Positions 60,245 to 64,000 of a stretch of 64,000 nucleotides of DNA are shown here, piece after piece; position 1 is the first letter of the stretch; each line of letters opens with the position of its first letter. Below the pieces are notes generated by a model. The model was not told the DNA's origin. It saw only the letters and a list, made by a program, of their open reading frames with translations, and searched no databases. This DNA comes from Heterodontus francisci (lineage: Eukaryota), in assembly GCF_036365525.1 (NCBI RefSeq), contig NC_090380.1, positions 60,478,712 through 60,542,711 on the forward strand, read 5' to 3'. Both the position numbers and the translations under genes were made by a program.

Positions 60245-63200
60245 ACAAACACAAGAAATAAGAGCAGAAGTAGACCATATGGTCCATAGAGCCCGCTCTG
60301 CCATTCAATACAATCATGGCTGATCTTAGGATTCAATTCACTTTCCCACCCATTCCCCATATCCCTTGATTCCCTGCGAGACCAAAACTCAATCTATCCC
60401 AGCCTTAAATGTATTCAATGATGGAGCATCCACAACCCTCTGGGGTAGAGAATTCCAAAGATTCACAACCTTTTGAATGCAGTAGTTTCTCCTCATCTCA
60501 GTCCTGAATGATTGGCCCCTTATCCTGAGACTATGCCCTCCACCTTCTAGATTCCCTGACCAGCGGAAACAATCTCTTAGCTTCTACCCTATCAAGCCCT
60601 TTCAGAATCTTGTATGTCTCAATTAGAATGCCTCTCATTCTTCTAAACTCCAGAGAATATAGGCCCAATTTACTCAGCCTCTCATCAAAGGACAACCCCC
60701 TCATCCCAGGGACCAACTTAGTAAATCTTCGCTGCACTGCCTCCAGTGCAAGTATATCCTTTCTTATATGTGGAAACCAAAACTACACACAATATTCCAA
60801 GTGTGGTCTCACCAAAACCCTGTACAATTTTAGTAAGACTTCTTTATTCCTGTACTCCAATCTCCTTGCAATAAAGGCCAACATGCCATTTGCCTTCCTA
60901 ATAACCTGCTGCACTTACATGTTAACTTTGTGCGTTCCTTGTACGATTACACCCAAGTCTCTCTGAACATCAACACTTACCAGTTTCACACCTTTTAAAA
61001 AATATTCTACTTTTCTATTTTTAAGACAAAAGTGAACAACTTCACACTTCCCTACAATATGCTCCATTTGTCATCTTGTTGCCCACTCACCTAACCTGTC
61101 TATATCTCTTTGCTGCCTCTCTACATCCTCCCCACAGCTTATCTTTCAACCGAGGGCTTTGTATCATCAGCAAACTTTGATACATTACTCTGACCCTTCA
61201 TCCAAGTCATTAATATAGAGTGCAAATAGCTGAGGCCCCAGCACTGATCCTTGTGGCACCCCACAATTCACTGCCTGCCAACCTGAAAATGCCCTATTTA
61301 TGCTCACTCTCTGCTTCCTGTCTGTTAATCAATCCTCTATCCATGCTAATTACCCCCAATACCATGAGCCCTTATCTTGCCTATTAATCTTTTATGTGGC
61401 ATCTTATGGAATGCCTTTTGGAAATCCAGGTATACGACTAGTTCCCCTTTGTCTACCCCTCTAGTTATATCCTCAAAAATTTCTAATAAATTTGTCAAAC
61501 AGGATTTCCCTTTAGTAAAACATGCTGACTTGTTCTAATTATATTATGCTTTTCCAAGTGCATTTTGTTAAGACTTCTTTAATAATAGTTTCCAGCATCT
61601 TTCCAACGACTGATGTTCGGCTAACTAGCCTGTAGTTCCCTGTTTCTACCCCCTTTCTTGAAAAGCGGTGTAACATTTGCCAACTTCCAATTTGATGGGA
61701 CCATTCCTGAATCTAAGGAACTCTGCAAAATCATAGCTAGCGCATCCACTATCTCCGCAGCTATCTGTTTTAGAACCCGAAGGTGTGGGCCATCTGGTCC
61801 GGGGACTTGTCAGATTCAGTCCCTCAGATTTCTCCAATACTTTTTCTTGGCTGATATTAATTTCCTTAATTTCCTCATTCTTTTTAGTCCCTAGGTTACT
61901 GCCCATTTCTGCTTTGGAACTTATATCTTCTACTGTGAAGACAGACACAAAGGGCTGCATTTTAAGAGCCCGCCACCGAAGTAGGCAGAGGAATAAAAAC
62001 ATTCTGTCTGCCTGCATGAGCGCCACGTCACGAAGCAACCGTGATTTCAAACGCAGCGGCTCATTAGCATGGACGCGGCGCCCATCCCCCGCGATAACAT
62101 GGAGGGGGCAGGCGAGCCACCGAAGGCAACAGCGTCCGGTGCCAATACACAGGCGCAGGTGACATTTTTAAAGGGTTTACAGTCCTCAATGCACAGTTAA
62201 AATTTAAAGGGACAGTTAAGTATAAGTTACCTAAAACTAAATAAAATAAATGTACCATGCACTCTCCCACCCGCCACATCCCCCCACCCCCATGGCAAAT
62301 CACAACATTCCTACCCTTTGCCCTCCCAGAATACAGATATTTAAAATTTGACCTTTCCCCCCCACCAAAGTTCAGCACCTTTGCCCTTTACCCCTTCCCA
62401 ACAACCCCCCAACCAATCCACAGCGTTTTAAACCCACTCCCCCCTCCCGCATAGAGAAAAATCCCCCTCCCCCTCCCCACAGATGTTGCGCCCCATTTCC
62501 CTGAATGAAGATCGGTGCCACGATTAAGGAGGCGATGGGACCCTCATTAAATCTGGTATGTTAATTAGTTTACATATTTAAAGGGGGTCCCGTCGCCGAG
62601 CAGTGGGGCGGTTGCCACTGGGCCACACCGGCGCTGCCGAGATCAGCACGGGGCCTGTCGCCATCAGGGTCAGTGGCGGGCCTCCTCCGCACGAATCTTC
62701 ATTTCCCCCCCTTCCAACGTTCCATAAGGTGGAGGGGCTTTAAAATCCAGCCCAAAATATTTCTCCAATGTCTCTGCCATTTCTTCGTTCCCCATGATGA
62801 TTTCTCCTGTCTCTCCCTGTAAGAGACCAATGTCTACTTTAGCTACTCTCTTCCTTTTTATGTACTTATTAAAGCTCTTACAATCTGCTTTATATCGCTT
62901 GCTAGTTTACACTCATTCAATTTTTTCCCTTTTCAACTTTTTGGCAGTCCTTTGCTGGTTTCTAAAACACTCCCAATCCTCAGACTTGCTACAACTTTTT
63001 GCAACATTGTAAGCCTCTTCTTTTAGTCTAATACTCTCCTTAATTTCCTGAGTGAGCCACGGATGGGTCTTTCTTGACAAGTTTTTGTTTTTGAACAGAA
63101 TGTACTTTTGTTGAACCTTTTGAATTGTTTCTTTAAATGTTTCCCACTGTTCATTTACCACCATATCTTCCACTCTATTTACCCAATTAACCTGAGCCAG

Positions 63201-64000
63201 TTCTCCCCTCATACCTTTGTAATTGGCTTTGCTGAAGTTTAAGATTCTTGTTTGTGATTGAAATGTGTCACTTTCAAACTTTACAGGAAATTCAATGGTA
63301 ATTTGATCAGTATTTTGCAGTGGATCTTTTACTACGACATTCCTTATTAACCCTGCTTCATTACACAATACTAGATCTAAGATAGCTTTATCCTTAGTCA
63401 GTTTTATAACGTACTGCTCCAAGAAACTGTCATAAAAACATTCTACAAATTCATCTTCTAGACCACAGTTGTCAATATATGCAGATTAAACTCCCCCGCA
63501 ATTAATACATTACCTTTGTTACAAGCTCGAATAATTTCCCATTTAATGTTCTGTCGAATAGTATAACTACTGTTAGGAGGCCTGTAAATTACTCCCACCA
63601 GTGTTTTCTGACTCCTGTTATTCCAAATCTCCACCCAAACTGATTCTACTTCATGATCTTCTGAGGCTAGATCCCTTCTTATTAATGTCCTTATGTCATC
63701 CTTTACTATCAAGGCTACCCCTCCTCTTTTCCCATTCTGTCTATCTGTCTAAAATATTGTGTACCCTGGAATATTAATTTCCCAACCTTGATCTCCTTGT
63801 AACCATGTTTCGGTAATGGCAATTAGATCTAGATCATTTACCTCTATTCATGCCACAAGTTAATCTATCTTATTACAGATGCTTCGTGCATTCAGATAAA
63901 AGAACTTTAATTTCATTTTTTTACCTCTATTCCCTGCAATGACCTTATTTGCTGATGTACATTTTTTTGTTAAAATCTCAGTACCTTCCAGTCCCATTCT
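60245..64000 (-). mobile_element. Long degenerate CR1 ORF2 (APE to 3' end), interrupted by a MITE
   Basis: VESVWVEI, GVIYRPPN, ILDLVLCNE, HPWLTQEI, QRRFTKLVPG; continues to the window end. Confidence 0.9.
61952..62753. mobile_element. Harbinger-type MITE
   Basis: TIRs GGGCTGCATTTTAA / TTAAAATCCAGCCC (13/14), 3-bp TSD AAA; the CR1 sequence ACAGACACAAA|ATATTT rejoins. Confidence 0.85.

Overview
Repeat-dense vertebrate genomic DNA, almost certainly from a cartilaginous fish (HE1-type V-SINEs, a SacSINE1/DeuSINE and CR1 LINEs with esterase ORF1 are present). Most of the window is retroelements and DNA transposons: many CR1 copies (one with an intact 758-aa RT ORF), Gypsy-type solo LTRs, Penelope-like fragments carrying minimal hammerhead ribozymes, PIF/Harbinger and hAT elements, and an RTE fragment, often nested with readable TSDs. 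One host gene can be built on the + strand (41957-52178, 5 exons, 222 aa): a single-IgV type I membrane protein with a stalk CxxxC, a TM GxxxG and a cytoplasmic YxxM. The most striking observation is a second LINE family ('LINE-B'; full-length copy 19824-25605, - strand). It begins with a tRNA-derived Pol III promoter (A and B boxes), has no ORF1, and has no TTTT run on its ~3.2 kb sense strand. SINEs made of its 5' and 3' ends are also present. Together these make it a candidate Pol III-transcribed, protein-coding retrotransposon with its own deletion-derived SINEs. All calls were made by eye; repeat boundaries without TSDs are approximate.
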